DNA of 64,000 nt from Nitrospirota bacterium (GCA_963721805.1 CAVRJY010000004.1:256001-320000), one strand, 5' to 3'. Shown: positions 32,915 through 43,905, numbered from the stretch's first letter. Notes: generated by a model not told the origin, from the sequence alone. A program made the numbers and translations.

Positions 32915-33790
32915 CTAGAGTGCGGCGGCCCGGCCCTTCAGGTATTCCCGGAACGCGGCGCTCAGCCTTTCGTCTACGAGTGCGAACTCAACCGTGGCCT
33001 TCAGAAACCCGAGCTTGTCGCCCGCGTCATAGCGCGTGCCTTCGAATATCAGGCCGTAGACCGGCCTCTTTCCGAGCAGCCGCTTTAAGGCGTCCGTCAG
33101 CTGTATCTCGCCGCCCCGGCCGGGCTTCTGTGTTTCGAGCATATCGAATATGTCCGGGGTGAGGATATACCTGCCTATGATCGCGAGGTCCGAGGGGGCC
33201 TCGCTGACCTTCGGCTTCTCGACCATGTCGGTGATCCTCACCACGCCATCGCCCTCCTCGACGCCAGCTATGACGCCGTAGTGGCTGACCTCGGAGCGGG
33301 GCACGCGCTGAAGCGCGACCACCGGGGCGTCGAGCCTGGCGTAGAGCTTTATCATGTCCTTAAGCAGCGTCTCGCCGGGCGGTATGATGTCGTCGCTGAG
33401 GATGACCGCGACGGCCTCGTCCTTGACGAACGGCCTCGCGCAGTATATCGCGTGGCCGAGCCCCAGGGGCGCGCCCTGCCTGATATAGGCGAAGTTTATG
33501 TTCTCGAGCCACTTGATCTCGGCCATCATGTGCATCTTATCGCTCTTTTTCAGGGATTCCTCGAGCTCCAGCGCCACGTCGAAGTGGTCCTCGATCGCGC
33601 GCTTGTTCTTCCCTGTGATGACCACGAACTCGTCGATCCCGCAGCCGATGGCCTCCTCGACGGCGTACTGTATCAGCGGCTTGTCCACGACCGCGAGCAT
33701 CTCCTTGGGGGAGGCCTTCGTAGCGGGCAGAAATCTGGTGCCGAGCCCGGCCGCGGGCAGTATCGCCTTTCTTACGGATCTTTTCGTCAT
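32915..33790 (-). CDS. galU: UTP--glucose-1-phosphate uridylyltransferase
   Basis: PAAGLGTRFLPATKASPKEM, VEKP, GEIQLTD. Confidence 0.96.
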   Translation of the reverse strand: MTKRSVRKAILPAAGLGTRFLPATKASPKEMLAVVDKPLIQYAVEEAIGCGIDEFVVITGKNKRAIEDHFDVALELEESLKKSDKMHMMAEIKWLENINFAYIRQGAPLGLGHAIYCARPFVKDEAVAVILSDDIIPPGETLLKDMIKLYARLDAPVVALQRVPRSEVSHYGVIAGVEEGDGVVRITDMVEKPKVSEAPSDLAIIGRYILTPDIFDMLETQKPGRGGEIQLTDALKRLLGKRPVYGLIFEGTRYDAGDKLGFLKATVEFALVDERLSAAFREYLKGRAAAL

Positions 33791-33980
33791 CAGGTGCGCG
33801 CAGACCTCCGCAGCCGGATTTTTGCCTTATTGTACTTGCATCTAGTCCTAATCGCAACTATAACATATAAGGCCTATATATGCACTAGGGGCAGAGCGTA
33901 AAGCGCGGGGAACTCCTTGAAACGTACTTCGAGGACGATCTGCGGCGGCTGACGGCGCATCACGCGCAATTGGCGCGCTT

Positions 33981-34748
33981 CTATTTAACCTCGCCCAGGA
34001 CGGATTTCAGCTTCAGGAGGGCCTTCCCGTGGAGCTGGCAGACGCGCGATTCCGTGAGGTCCAGCACCTTGCCGATCTCCTTCATCGTCAGCTCGTCCCA
34101 GTAGTAGAGCGAGAGCACGAGGCGCTCCTTTTCGGCGAGCTTCTTTATCTGCTCCGCGATGCGGTGCTGCATGTCGGCCTTTAAAAGTTCGCCCAGAGGG
34201 CTTACGGCCGCGGGGTCCGCGATGCTGTCGAGGATCTGCAAGCCGTCGTTGCCCTCGCCGAAGTCCTCAAACCGGATGGACATCGCGCCGCGGGCCTCCT
34301 GCATCGTTGCGTAAAAGTCGTCGAGCGTGATGCCCAGGGCCTCGGCTACCTCCTCGTCCTCGGGCGCGCGGCCGAGTTGGGCTTGCAGGCGGGTGTGGGT
34401 GCCCTTGAGGTCGTCGACGCGCTTCTTGGCGCTTCGGGGCAGCCAGTCCGCGGCCCGGATCTCATCGAGCATCGAGCCCTTGATCCGTTTTTCGGCGTAG
34501 GTCTTGAGCTTCACGCGGCCGGGCTCGAATTTTTCGAGCGCGTCCAGGAGCCCCATCAGCCCGGCGCTTATCAGGTCGTCCACGGTGAGCTGGGGCGGCA
34601 GCCTCCACTCCATCCTGTGAGCGGTGAACTTGATGTAAGGGAGGAACTCCTTGATGATGCGTTCCTTGTCTTCCTCCCCAAGGGAATGCGCGAACCCGTA
34701 CATGTTCCTGTACTGACCCTCCGCGTATGCGAACTGGCTTCTCAGCAT
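33981..34748 (-). CDS. fliA: Flagellar sigma factor FliA (sigma28); start may be 34703
   Basis: DDLISAG, RIKGSMLDEIR..DWLPRS, LTESRVCQLH. Confidence 0.95.
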   Translation of the reverse strand: MLRSQFAYAEGQYRNMYGFAHSLGEEDKERIIKEFLPYIKFTAHRMEWRLPPQLTVDDLISAGLMGLLDALEKFEPGRVKLKTYAEKRIKGSMLDEIRAADWLPRSAKKRVDDLKGTHTRLQAQLGRAPEDEEVAEALGITLDDFYATMQEARGAMSIRFEDFGEGNDGLQILDSIADPAAVSPLGELLKADMQHRIAEQIKKLAEKERLVLSLYYWDELTMKEIGKVLDLTESRVCQLHGKALLKLKSVLGEVK

Positions 34749-34785
34749 ATTGTATAGCTTTCCGCGCGGTTTTTCATGGGTTTCC

Positions 34786-35610
34786 TCAGGCTTCCGTGCG
34801 TCCCTTCAAAAGCGCGTTCCAGAAAAACTGTATAGAGCCCTTCTCGGGATTGACGGCCCCGGCGTCGAGCACAGCGGCGATCTCCTTGATCTGCTTGGCC
34901 GACGGGCTCAGCGGGAACTTGTCGATCACGGCGCCCTGCATGCGCACTGCCTTCCTTATCGACTCGTCAAACGGGATGTGGCCGAGGTAATCGAGCGATA
35001 TGCTCAAAAACCGCTCGGCCGCCATAGAAAGTTTCCTGAATACCTCGAGCGCCTCGTTGCGGTCTCTGACGGAGTTGATGATCACGTGGAAGCGCTTCTC
35101 CTGGTAGTTCTTGTAAAGAACCTTGATGAGCGCGTATGCGTCCGTGAGCGCGGTGGGCTCGGGCGAGGTCACGACCACGATCTCCTGCGACGCGGCGCAG
35201 AAAAACGCGACGTTTTGCGATATACCGGCCGCCGAGTCCACGAGCATCACGTCGATCTCGCCTTCATAGGAGTCAAACGCCTCGACGAGCATCATCTGCT
35301 GAAACTCGTCCAGGCTCGTGATCTCCTGGGTCCCGGACGTGGCGGGCAGTATCTTGATCCCGTGCGGGCCCTCGATGATGACCTCCGCAAGCGAGCGCTC
35401 GCCGCTGAGCACGTGGCTGATGTTGTACTTGGGCGAGAGGTTCAAGACTACGTCTATGTTGCTCAGGCCCAGGTCCGCGTCGAATACTAGGACCTCGCGC
35501 CCCATCTTTCTAAGCGCAATAGCGAGGTTCGCCACTATGTTGGTCTTGCCCACGCCGCCCTTGCCGCTGGCGACGGTTATGGTCTTAACCGACCGCTCCC
35601 TCGCCATCAT
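34786..35610 (-). CDS. flhG: MinD-like ATPase FlhG/FleN
   Basis: SGKGGVGKT, DADLGLSN, PEPTALTDAYA; follows flhF. Confidence 0.93.
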   Translation of the reverse strand: MMARERSVKTITVASGKGGVGKTNIVANLAIALRKMGREVLVFDADLGLSNIDVVLNLSPKYNISHVLSGERSLAEVIIEGPHGIKILPATSGTQEITSLDEFQQMMLVEAFDSYEGEIDVMLVDSAAGISQNVAFFCAASQEIVVVTSPEPTALTDAYALIKVLYKNYQEKRFHVIINSVRDRNEALEVFRKLSMAAERFLSISLDYLGHIPFDESIRKAVRMQGAVIDKFPLSPSAKQIKEIAAVLDAGAVNPEKGSIQFFWNALLKGRTEA

Positions 35611-36806
35611 GCCACCCCTTTCGCCGCTGCAACCGAGCCAAGCACCATAGAGGCAAGCTCGGCCGCGCCCGGAAACTCGATGTCGTCCGGGACCTTCTGC
35701 CCTGTCGTGACGTAGGCCACCGGCCTGCCGGTTATCTCGGCCATGTTGTATACCGCACCGAAGCGGCAGGCCTCGTCGGCCTTCGTCAGACCGAGCACGT
35801 CTATCGGAAGCTCGCTGTAACGGCGGCAGCTCTCGACCACGAACTCCTCGTCGCTCGCCGCACTCATCAGCAGGTGCACCTCGACGCCCATCGAGGCCAT
35901 GCGCCCGAGCTCGCCCAGGTACTTGGGGTCCTTCGGGTTTCGGCCCGTGGTGTCGATGAATACGAGGTCCTTGTCGGAGTGCATCAGAAGTACGTGCCCG
36001 AGGCCGTCGACGTCATGCGCGGTCTCGAGCGGGACGCCGAGGATGCGGGCGTAGATGCGGATCTGCTCGGCAGCGCCTATGCGGTAGGTATCGAGGTTTA
36101 CGAGCGCTATGCGCTTTCCGGCCCTCACCGCGCGCGCCGCCAGCTTCGCAATAGTGGTGGTCTTGCCGACCCCGGTCGGGCCGATGACCATGATCGCCTT
36201 CGTCGCGACCGAGCCGCATTTGGCGGTGCGGATCGAGGCGGAGATCAGGCCGTGGAGTTCGTTAGAGTCCGCCGCGCGCTCGCAGAGCTCGAAGGCAAGA
36301 GCCTCGGCCACGGCGTTTTTGCGCAGTATGGCGAACATCTCTTTCTTTGAGGCCGGTACGCTCATCTCGTAGCCCCTGCGGTGCATCGAGATCACCGCCT
36401 CGCGGAGCTCCGCGAGCTCGCGCGTGACGTTGTCGAGCCCGATTGACGCAGCAGGCGCCGCTGGCGCGGCCTGTGCGGCCTGCGCTATCGGTGCGGCCTG
36501 CTTCCTGAAGATGGCCTCGTGCCTGTGAGGCGGCGTGGCCTTATGGACCGGCTTAAGCGGCTGGCGGCTGCCGCCGTATGCCTGTGCCGCCGGGCCGGCT
36601 GCGATGGCAACCGCCGCGCTCGCGGCCTCTATCGCATGGCGGGCCTGGCCGGAGGACACGGACGGGCCTTCGTCTATGGCCGCGGTGACCTCGACGCGCC
36701 GGCCGTTTTCGGTCGAGGACATGATGATCGCATCGTCGCCGAGCTCGCGCCTTATCATGGCCAGCGCCTCGGTATAATTCCTCGCCTCGAATTTCCTAAT
36801 CCTCAT
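35607..36806 (-). CDS. flhF: Flagellar SRP-type GTPase FlhF
   Basis: ALAMIRRELGDDA, GPTGVGKTTT, DTYRIGA, DTTG, TKADE, GQKVPDD. Confidence 0.95.
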   Translation of the reverse strand: MRIRKFEARNYTEALAMIRRELGDDAIIMSSTENGRRVEVTAAIDEGPSVSSGQARHAIEAASAAVAIAAGPAAQAYGGSRQPLKPVHKATPPHRHEAIFRKQAAPIAQAAQAAPAAPAASIGLDNVTRELAELREAVISMHRRGYEMSVPASKKEMFAILRKNAVAEALAFELCERAADSNELHGLISASIRTAKCGSVATKAIMVIGPTGVGKTTTIAKLAARAVRAGKRIALVNLDTYRIGAAEQIRIYARILGVPLETAHDVDGLGHVLLMHSDKDLVFIDTTGRNPKDPKYLGELGRMASMGVEVHLLMSAASDEEFVVESCRRYSELPIDVLGLTKADEACRFGAVYNMAEITGRPVAYVTTGQKVPDDIEFPGAAELASMVLGSVAAAKGVA

Positions 36807-38829
36807 ATTTCACCATCCCAAGGGTATAGATTTTAGCCGCGGGCGCGATCTCGGCGCTCGAGAGCACGACGACGGCCGGCATGAACTTGTCCAGTATCTT
36901 GCGCATGAGCCTGCGGACCTGCGACGAGCAGAGTATCACGGGCTGTGCGCCGCGCAGCGTCTCGCTCTTGACCGACTTCTCGATGCCCTTTAAAAAACGG
37001 CTCACGAGGTCCGGGCTCACGGACTCGCCGGTCTGCATCGACTGCGACATCGCGCGCTCGAACCGGGGGTCTACGGTGAATACCGGGAGGCTCCCGTCCT
37101 GGCTTATGTATTTCTTCGTTATCTGCCGCGCCAGCGACTGGCGCACCTGCTCCGTGAGCAGCTCGGTGTCCTTCGTCATCGGCGAGAAGTCCAGCAGGCC
37201 CTCCAGTATCGTCACGAGGTCCTTGACCGGTATGCCTTCGCGCAGCAGGCCCTGCAGGACGCGCTGCACCTGCCCGAGGCTCAGGAGCGCCGGGATCAGC
37301 TCCTCGGAGAGCTTCGGGTAGACCTTGGCCACGTTATCGAGGAGGTTTTGGACCTCGCCGCGGGAGAGCAGCTCCCAGGCGTTGCGCTTGACCAGCTCTG
37401 TTATGTGCGTTACGATCACGGTCGCGGAGTCCACGACCATGTACCCGGCCATCTGGGCCTCCTCCACGGCGGCCTCCTCGATCCAGAACGCCGGCAGCCC
37501 GAACGCGGGCTCCTTCGTGGGGATGCCCTCTATGTGGCCGGCCCCCTCGGACTGCACCGCGAGGAAACTGCCGAGCATCAGCTCGCCGCGGCCGATCTCG
37601 ACCCCCCGAAGCAGGAAGCTGTACTCGTGCGGGCGGAGCTGGAGGTTGTCCTTGATATGGATGGGGGGCACGATGAACCCCAGCTCGGCCGCAAGGTTGC
37701 GGCGCATGCTCTTGAGCTTGCTCAAAAGGTCGCTCTGCTCCTCGACGAGCGGGATCAGGCCGTAGCCGATCTCGAGCGCGAGGGGGTCTAATTCCAGCAT
37801 CGACTCTATTCGGGGCTCCTCTGTAGCGGCGGGCTTGAGCGGGACCTCGGCGGCCTTCTCCTCAGCCTTGCCGGAGTTCGTCATCTGGTAGTAGGCGAAC
37901 CCGAGCGTGGCGCTGCCAAGAAGCAGGAACGGCACATGCGGGAGGCCGGGTATCAGCCCTATTATCGTGAGCATGCCGCCGGCCGTGAACAGGACCCTGT
38001 GGTTCGTAAACAGCTGGCGGCCGAGCGAGTTGCCGAATTCGCCGCCCATGCCGTTGCGGCTTACGATGATGCCCGCGCTCGTCGATATCATAAGGGCCGG
38101 GATCTGGGCTACCAGCCCGTCGCCGACCGTGAGGATCGTGAAGGTCTTGGCCGCCTCGGCTATCGCCATCCCGTGCTGCAGGGTGCCGATCAGGAGCCCG
38201 CCAAGGATATTGACGCCGACTATGATCATGGCCGCTTGGGCGTCACGCGCCACGAAGCGGCTCGCGCCGTCCATCGAGCCGTAGAAGTCCGCCTCCTGCG
38301 CGACGAGCTCGCGGCGGCGGCGGGCCTCGTTGTCGTCTATGAGCCCGGTGTTGAGGTCGGCGTCTATGGCCATCTGCTTGCCGGGCAGGGCGTCGAGGGT
38401 GAAGCGCGCCGCGACCTCGGCGATGCGGACCGCGCCGTGCGCTATGACGTAAAAGTTCACTATCGCGATAACGAGGAATACTACGATGCCGACGACGTAA
38501 TTGCCCCCGACGACGAACTCGCCGAAGGACTTGATGACCGAGCTTACCGCGTCCGGGCCCTCGCTGCCCTTAAGCAGGATCATGCGGGTGGCCGCGATGT
38601 TCAGCGCGAGGCGGTAGATCGTGGTCAAAAGCAGCAGAGACGGGAATACGCTGAAGTCCATCGGCTTGTCGACGAAGACCGCGGTGACCATCACCACGAC
38701 GCCCACCGAGATCGAGATCGAAAGCAGGATGTCGAGGATGAAGGGCGGCATCGGGAGAATCATGATCCCGAGCAGCACGACCACGAATATCGCGACCCAG
38801 ATGTTGGATTTGCCCCTTATCGCAGTCAT
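36796..38829 (-). CDS. flhA: Flagellar export protein FlhA
   Basis: RIAEVAARFTLDALPGKQMAIDADL, FYGSMDGA, GDGLVAQIP. Confidence 0.97.
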   Translation of the reverse strand: MTAIRGKSNIWVAIFVVVLLGIMILPMPPFILDILLSISISVGVVVMVTAVFVDKPMDFSVFPSLLLLTTIYRLALNIAATRMILLKGSEGPDAVSSVIKSFGEFVVGGNYVVGIVVFLVIAIVNFYVIAHGAVRIAEVAARFTLDALPGKQMAIDADLNTGLIDDNEARRRRELVAQEADFYGSMDGASRFVARDAQAAMIIVGVNILGGLLIGTLQHGMAIAEAAKTFTILTVGDGLVAQIPALMISTSAGIIVSRNGMGGEFGNSLGRQLFTNHRVLFTAGGMLTIIGLIPGLPHVPFLLLGSATLGFAYYQMTNSGKAEEKAAEVPLKPAATEEPRIESMLELDPLALEIGYGLIPLVEEQSDLLSKLKSMRRNLAAELGFIVPPIHIKDNLQLRPHEYSFLLRGVEIGRGELMLGSFLAVQSEGAGHIEGIPTKEPAFGLPAFWIEEAAVEEAQMAGYMVVDSATVIVTHITELVKRNAWELLSRGEVQNLLDNVAKVYPKLSEELIPALLSLGQVQRVLQGLLREGIPVKDLVTILEGLLDFSPMTKDTELLTEQVRQSLARQITKKYISQDGSLPVFTVDPRFERAMSQSMQTGESVSPDLVSRFLKGIEKSVKSETLRGAQPVILCSSQVRRLMRKILDKFMPAVVVLSSAEIAPAAKIYTLGMVKYED

Positions 38830-38837
38830 CGCATCGC

Positions 38838-39878
38838 CTATGCCGCCGCCATGCCCTTGAGCTTGTAGACGCGCGCTATGATCTTCGCGACGGCCTTGTA
38901 CAGCTCGGCGGGGACGAACGAGTCGAGTTCGAGTTTATAGAGCGTGCGGGCCAGGAGCTTGTCCTCTATCACCGGCACGCCGTGCTCCCTGGCGATCTCC
39001 TTGATGCGGGCCGCGAGGTGGTCCGCGCCCTTGGCGACGATCTTCGGCGCGCCCATGCCCTTTTCATAGAGCAGCGCTACGGCAAAGTGCGTGGGGTTGG
39101 TTATGACCACCGTGGCCTTAGGGACGGCCGAGAGCATGCGCTTGCGGAACATCTGGAACTGGAGCATGCGGATGCGGCGCTTGACCTGCGGGTCGCCGTT
39201 TAGCTCCTTGTTCTCTTCCTTTACGTCCTCCTTCGACATCTTCATGTCGTCGTTGTAGCGCTTGCGCTCCAAAAAGTAGCTTATGGCCGCGATTATCGCA
39301 AGCCACAGCAGGCCGGCCTTTATCAGCAGCACGGCCATTTCGTATGTCTTGGCCAACGCGGCATGCAGCCCGAGCGCGGTTAGCATCGGCAGGCTGAAGA
39401 CCATCTGCTTCATTACAAAGTAGAAGACGACCGTGCCGCTGACGAACTTCAGCACGCTTTTAAAGACCTCGTGCGCCCCCTCGGCCGAGAACTTCCGCTT
39501 GAGCCCGCTTATGGGGTCGAAGGCGTTGAACTTAAGCTCGAAGGGCTTCCAGACGAGCCCGCCCTGCGCCACGCTCGAGGCAATGCCGATCACGACCGCG
39601 GCCGCGAATATCGGCAGCAGGAGCATCATGCCGTCGAGCGAGGCCGCGCGCATCGCGTTTATCGGGTTAATGCCGTACTGCTGGCCGAGAGTTTTCGCCA
39701 TTATCTTTCCGAGGCCGTTGAATATGCCCCCGCCCTGATACTTAATCACCACGAAGGCGGCCGCGAGGACCGCGGCGCCAACGACCTCCTTGCTCCGGGG
39801 GATCTGGCCCTTCTCGAGGGCCTTCTTGATCTTGTGGGAGGACGCTTGTTGTGTTTTTCTGTCTTTGTCTTCGGCCAT
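38838..39878 (-). CDS. flhB: Flagellar export protein FlhB
   Basis: TNPTH autocleavage motif, GDPQVK. Confidence 0.96.
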   Translation of the reverse strand: MAEDKDRKTQQASSHKIKKALEKGQIPRSKEVVGAAVLAAAFVVIKYQGGGIFNGLGKIMAKTLGQQYGINPINAMRAASLDGMMLLLPIFAAAVVIGIASSVAQGGLVWKPFELKFNAFDPISGLKRKFSAEGAHEVFKSVLKFVSGTVVFYFVMKQMVFSLPMLTALGLHAALAKTYEMAVLLIKAGLLWLAIIAAISYFLERKRYNDDMKMSKEDVKEENKELNGDPQVKRRIRMLQFQMFRKRMLSAVPKATVVITNPTHFAVALLYEKGMGAPKIVAKGADHLAARIKEIAREHGVPVIEDKLLARTLYKLELDSFVPAELYKAVAKIIARVYKLKGMAAA

Positions 39879-39884
39879 CGCGCC

Positions 39885-40655
39885 CTATCTCCCGCCCGCG
39901 GCCATCAGGACGCCCATGAACGTCTCGCGGATGCCGGCGAACTGGCCGTCGAGTAGCGTCATGAAGACCGGCACGCTCAGGTACATCACGAAAACGCCGA
40001 CGAGGATGAAGATCGGGAAGCTCGTCATCATAATGTTCAGCGAAGGTGCGGCCTTGCCGATGAAGCCCATCGCTATGTTCGCAAGGAACGCGACCACCAT
40101 GACAGGGGCCGCGATCTTGAGCCCGAGGACGAGCACGCGGCCCCCCAGCGGCAGTATCTGCATCGCCACGGCCTTTATGTCGGCCCCTCCGGCCGGCACT
40201 ATGTCGTAGCTTTTCACGAACACGTACAGCAGGTCGTGGTGGCCGTTCATGGCCAGGAACTGAAGCGTCGCGAGCGCCCCCAGGAGCTGCGATATCTCCC
40301 CCGACTGCCCGAACATGGGGTCGAAGACCTCTCCGGCGCGGAGCCCCTTTGCGGTGGCGATCAGCTGCCCGCCCACGTTTACGGCCTCGAAGACGAACCT
40401 TGTGGCCGCGCCCATCGCCAGTCCGAGGACGATCTCCCTGACGACGAGCATCGCCATGCTAGCGCCCCCGGAGTGGAAGTTCACTACGGGCGTGAGCACG
40501 GCCGCGAGCGCCAGGGCCATGCCGACCCTGAACTGTATCGGGAAGGTGTCCTGCCCGAAGAGCGGCATGAACGCCATGAACATGCTCGTGCGCAGCAGCA
40601 CGTACAGGAACGTGGGCACGTAAATGTTAAGCGCTCCTAGGTCCAGGCCGTCCAC
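39885..40655 (-). CDS. fliR: Flagellar export protein FliR
   Basis: Hydrophobic, 256 aa, between fliQ and flhB; GKAAPSLNI. Confidence 0.92.
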   Translation of the reverse strand: MDGLDLGALNIYVPTFLYVLLRTSMFMAFMPLFGQDTFPIQFRVGMALALAAVLTPVVNFHSGGASMAMLVVREIVLGLAMGAATRFVFEAVNVGGQLIATAKGLRAGEVFDPMFGQSGEISQLLGALATLQFLAMNGHHDLLYVFVKSYDIVPAGGADIKAVAMQILPLGGRVLVLGLKIAAPVMVVAFLANIAMGFIGKAAPSLNIMMTSFPIFILVGVFVMYLSVPVFMTLLDGQFAGIRETFMGVLMAAGGR

Positions 40656-40667
40656 GGTTTCCTCTCC

Positions 40668-40940
40668 CTAGCTCTTTATGTACTCGGGTATGTGCTGGAT
40701 CAGGTTGGTCGTGAAGCTTACGAGCACGCGCGCCATCCACGGCAGGAGCGCGAAGATGGTGAAGAAGACCGCGAGCACCTTCGGCACGAACGCCACGGCC
40801 GTGTCGTTGATCTGCGTGATCGACTGGATCAGGCTCACGAGCAGGCCTACGCCCATCGATACGAGGAGCACCGGGCCCCCGACGATGATGATCGTCTTGA
40901 ACGTCTCGCCCGAGATCTGCTTTACGAGGTCAATTGTCAT
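40668..40940 (-). CDS. fliQ: Flagellar export protein FliQ
   Basis: QSITQINDTAVAFVPK. Confidence 0.95.
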   Translation of the reverse strand: MTIDLVKQISGETFKTIIIVGGPVLLVSMGVGLLVSLIQSITQINDTAVAFVPKVLAVFFTIFALLPWMARVLVSFTTNLIQHIPEYIKS

Positions 40941-41578
40941 TGGAAGCTCCTCACTATGGTGCCAGCCACCAGGCTCCAGCCGTCGACCAGCACGAATAAA
41001 AGCACCTTGAACGGCAGCGACACCATGACCGGCGGCAGCATCATCATGCCCATTGAAAGCAGTATGCTCGCTATCACCATGTCGATTATGAGAAACGGGA
41101 TGAATATCAGAAATCCGATCTCGAACGAGGTGCGCAGCTCGCTTATCACGAACGAGGGCACGATGATGCGGATCGGCAGGTCCATCGGGTTTGAGGGCAG
41201 CTCGACCTTGGCCATGCCTATAAACAGCGCCAGGTCCTTCTCCCTCGTCTGCTTCAGCATGAAGGCCTTCAGGGGCGGCTCGGCCTTCTGCACCGCCTCT
41301 CCAAGCGTGATCTTCTTGGCGAGGTAGGGGTCCAGCGCGTCATGGCTGATGACGTCTATCGTCGGGGCCATTATATAGAAAGACAGGAATATCGCGAGGC
41401 CGATGATTACGGTGTTCGGCGGCACCTGCTGCCCTATGGCATGCTTGACGAACGAGAGCATCACGACTATGCGCGTAAAAGACGTGAACATGATGAACAC
41501 GGCCGGCAGGAACGACAGCAGCGTCATGAAGACGAGCACCGATATAGCCGGGTTGGTCGCGTTCAGCAGGTTATCCAT
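40937..41578 (-). CDS. fliP: Flagellar export protein FliP
   Basis: TSFTRI, PPN, MGMMMLPP, PFKVLLFVLVDGW. Confidence 0.96.
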   Translation of the reverse strand: MDNLLNATNPAISVLVFMTLLSFLPAVFIMFTSFTRIVVMLSFVKHAIGQQVPPNTVIIGLAIFLSFYIMAPTIDVISHDALDPYLAKKITLGEAVQKAEPPLKAFMLKQTREKDLALFIGMAKVELPSNPMDLPIRIIVPSFVISELRTSFEIGFLIFIPFLIIDMVIASILLSMGMMMLPPVMVSLPFKVLLFVLVDGWSLVAGTIVRSFQ

Positions 41579-41951
41579 CGAGTGAGTCCTTCATCATGCG
41601 GAGCCGCCTTATGCGGTCCGCGATGGAAACGGGGGCGCCCGCCTGGGACTGAGACTGGGCCTGGGTGAGGCTGGCCGCGCCAGCGCCCGAGGCGGCGGCG
41701 GCAAAACCGGCCGTGCCGGCCGGGTAGCTGGTAAGCAGGCGGATTTCGGTGGCGGTGACGCCGAGGATCAGGACGTCGGGGCCGACGCGCATCGCGGTGA
41801 TGCCCTTCTTGGGCCCGAGCGAGCGGTAGCCGAGCATGTCGAACATGCCCGAGGCCCCGTTTTGCTTCTTGGCCGCGAGCCGCCCAAGCCCGATTATCAG
41901 GAGCACCACGGCCGCCGTGGCCAGGGCCATCTGGATTAACGTGCCGGTCAT
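41571..41951 (-). CDS. fliO: Flagellar protein FliO
   Basis: ATG 41951 [10 protein letters not shown]; single TM then LGPKK..LILGVT. Confidence 0.8.
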   Translation of the reverse strand: MTGTLIQMALATAAVVLLIIGLGRLAAKKQNGASGMFDMLGYRSLGPKKGITAMRVGPDVLILGVTATEIRLLTSYPAGTAGFAAAASGAGAASLTQAQSQSQAGAPVSIADRIRRLRMMKDSLDG

Positions 41952-42367
41952 CTTAGCTGCTTCAGCCTCTCTGTTGGGCTGATGATGTCCGTCAGGCGGA
42001 TGCCGAATTTTTCGTTGACCACGACGACCTCGCCGCGCGCGACGAGCTTCTGGTTGATCAGTATCTCCATCGGCTCTCCGGCGAGCTTGTCGAGCTCGAC
42101 GACCGAGCCCTGCCCGAGCTGCAGCAGGTCGTTTATTATCATCTTGGTCCTGCCGAGCTCGACCGTGACGACCAGAGGTATGTCGAGCAGGAAGTCTATG
42201 TCCTTCGCCGGGCCGCCGCGCCTCTCGTCCCTGATCTCCTGGAACTGGGTCTTCTGGGCCGCGGCCGGCTGCGGCTTCGCAGCGGGTGCGGCCGGCTCGC
42301 CGCCGGTCTCCATCTGTGAAAGCCACTCCTCGGCCAGCTTGTCCTGGTCCACTTTCTCGTCAGCCAT
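41948..42367 (-). CDS. fliN: Flagellar motor switch FliN
   Basis: [28 protein letters not shown]. Confidence 0.95.
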   Translation of the reverse strand: MADEKVDQDKLAEEWLSQMETGGEPAAPAAKPQPAAAQKTQFQEIRDERRGGPAKDIDFLLDIPLVVTVELGRTKMIINDLLQLGQGSVVELDKLAGEPMEILINQKLVARGEVVVVNEKFGIRLTDIISPTERLKQLR

Positions 42368-43352
42368 TTCTCTCCGCCTTTCCCTCAATCATGTTTGTCA
42401 GTTTGAGCGCCTGCGCCCCCCGGCTGTAGCCCGGCACGCCGGCGAACTTCGGCACGCCCTCGACCCTCAGCAGCAGCGGGTCGCTCACGGCCTTCCCAAG
42501 CGGTATGACGTCGCCGACCTCGAGCTCTATGAGGTCGCCGACCGTTATCTCGACCTCGCCTATCTCGGCCGAAAGGTGGGCCACGGACTCCCCGAGCACG
42601 CCCTTGAGCCTCTCGACCCAGCGCGCGTCGGTCTCCATGCGGTCGCCCTTGATGCCGGAGAAAAGCTTGTCCTTTATCGGCTCGACCATCGAGTAGGGGA
42701 TGCAGAAGAAGACCTTCCCGGTGAACTCCTCGATGTCGACATGGACCTCGATCTTGATGACGCCCTCCGTGGGGGTCACGATCGTCACGAACTGGGGGTT
42801 CATCTCAAGGCTGATGTACTCGGGCTCTATGGCCTCGAGGCTCTGCCACGCCTCGCCGAGATCCCTGAGCGCGAGGCCCGAGATCTTGCGTATGACGCGC
42901 TGCTCTATCGGCGTGAAGTACCGGCCCTCGCTCTTGGTATAGAGCGAAGCTCCGCCGCCGAAGAAGTACTCTATCAGGGCGAAGACCATCGGGGCCTCCA
43001 TGACGTAAAGCGCGTAGCCGTTAAGGGGCTCCATCTTGAATATGTTTATGCTCGACGGCATCGGGACGGTCTTCATGAACTCGCTGAACATGACCATCTC
43101 GACCCCGTGCACGTTGACGTCGACGAACCTCATCAGGACAGAGGCCAGGGAATCGCGAAACAGGCGGGAGAACCGCTCGTTGGCCATCTCCAGTCCGGGC
43201 ATCCTGCCGCGGATGATGCGCTCCTGCGCGGTGAAGTCATAGGAGGGGTATCCGTCGGTCGGCTCGGGCCTCCCGGCCTCGGTGGCTATCTCGCCGGTAT
43301 CCACGCCCCTTAGCAGGGCATCGACTTCGTCTTGGGAGAGTATCTTGTCCAT
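42360..43352 (-). CDS. fliM: Flagellar motor switch FliM
   Basis: [11 protein letters not shown]heY-binding peptide, FGG, EMNPQF. Confidence 0.96.
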   Translation of the reverse strand: MDKILSQDEVDALLRGVDTGEIATEAGRPEPTDGYPSYDFTAQERIIRGRMPGLEMANERFSRLFRDSLASVLMRFVDVNVHGVEMVMFSEFMKTVPMPSSINIFKMEPLNGYALYVMEAPMVFALIEYFFGGGASLYTKSEGRYFTPIEQRVIRKISGLALRDLGEAWQSLEAIEPEYISLEMNPQFVTIVTPTEGVIKIEVHVDIEEFTGKVFFCIPYSMVEPIKDKLFSGIKGDRMETDARWVERLKGVLGESVAHLSAEIGEVEITVGDLIELEVGDVIPLGKAVSDPLLLRVEGVPKFAGVPGYSRGAQALKLTNMIEGKAERNG

Positions 43353-43357
43353 AAGCC

Positions 43358-43864
43358 CTATTGCATCACGAATTCTGTGAAGTAGATGTTCTTGACCGCC
43401 TCGCCGCCCAGGGCCTGGTTGACCCTGAAGAGCAATTCGTCCTTGAGCTGGAACTTGCCCTCGGGCCCGGAGACCGCGTCGGAGGACTTGCTGCTGAGCA
43501 CCGTGATTATCACGTCGCGGATCATGGCCATGTGCTGGTTAACGACCTCGACCTCGGCCGGATTTTTAAGTTCGAGGTGCATCGTGGCCTTAAGGTATCT
43601 TCCCGGGGCCGAGAGGTTCACGACAAAGGGCTCAAGCGGTATGATCGACTGGACCTTCCCGTCCTTGTCGCCGGACTTCGTCTCCTCGACCGCGGTCTTG
43701 TCACCGCCCTCGCCCCCGGCCGCTTTCTTGCCGATCCAGAGCTTGTACCCGCTGAAAGCGCCAATGCCGAACACCAGCACCGAGCCGCCGATGATTATCA
43801 GCATCTTGATATTTAGTTTTTTCTTGGGTGCCGGGGCCGGTGCCCCTTCAGTCTCTTCCGCCAT
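43358..43864 (-). CDS. fliL: Flagellar basal body protein FliL
   Basis: Single TM, FVVNL, IRD, YFTEFVMQ. Confidence 0.94.
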   Translation of the reverse strand: MAEETEGAPAPAPKKKLNIKMLIIIGGSVLVFGIGAFSGYKLWIGKKAAGGEGGDKTAVEETKSGDKDGKVQSIIPLEPFVVNLSAPGRYLKATMHLELKNPAEVEVVNQHMAMIRDVIITVLSSKSSDAVSGPEGKFQLKDELLFRVNQALGGEAVKNIYFTEFVMQ

Positions 43865-43905
43865 CGTGTGCTCCCTCCTCCTGACCCTGCGGTCATCCAT
43901 TTATA

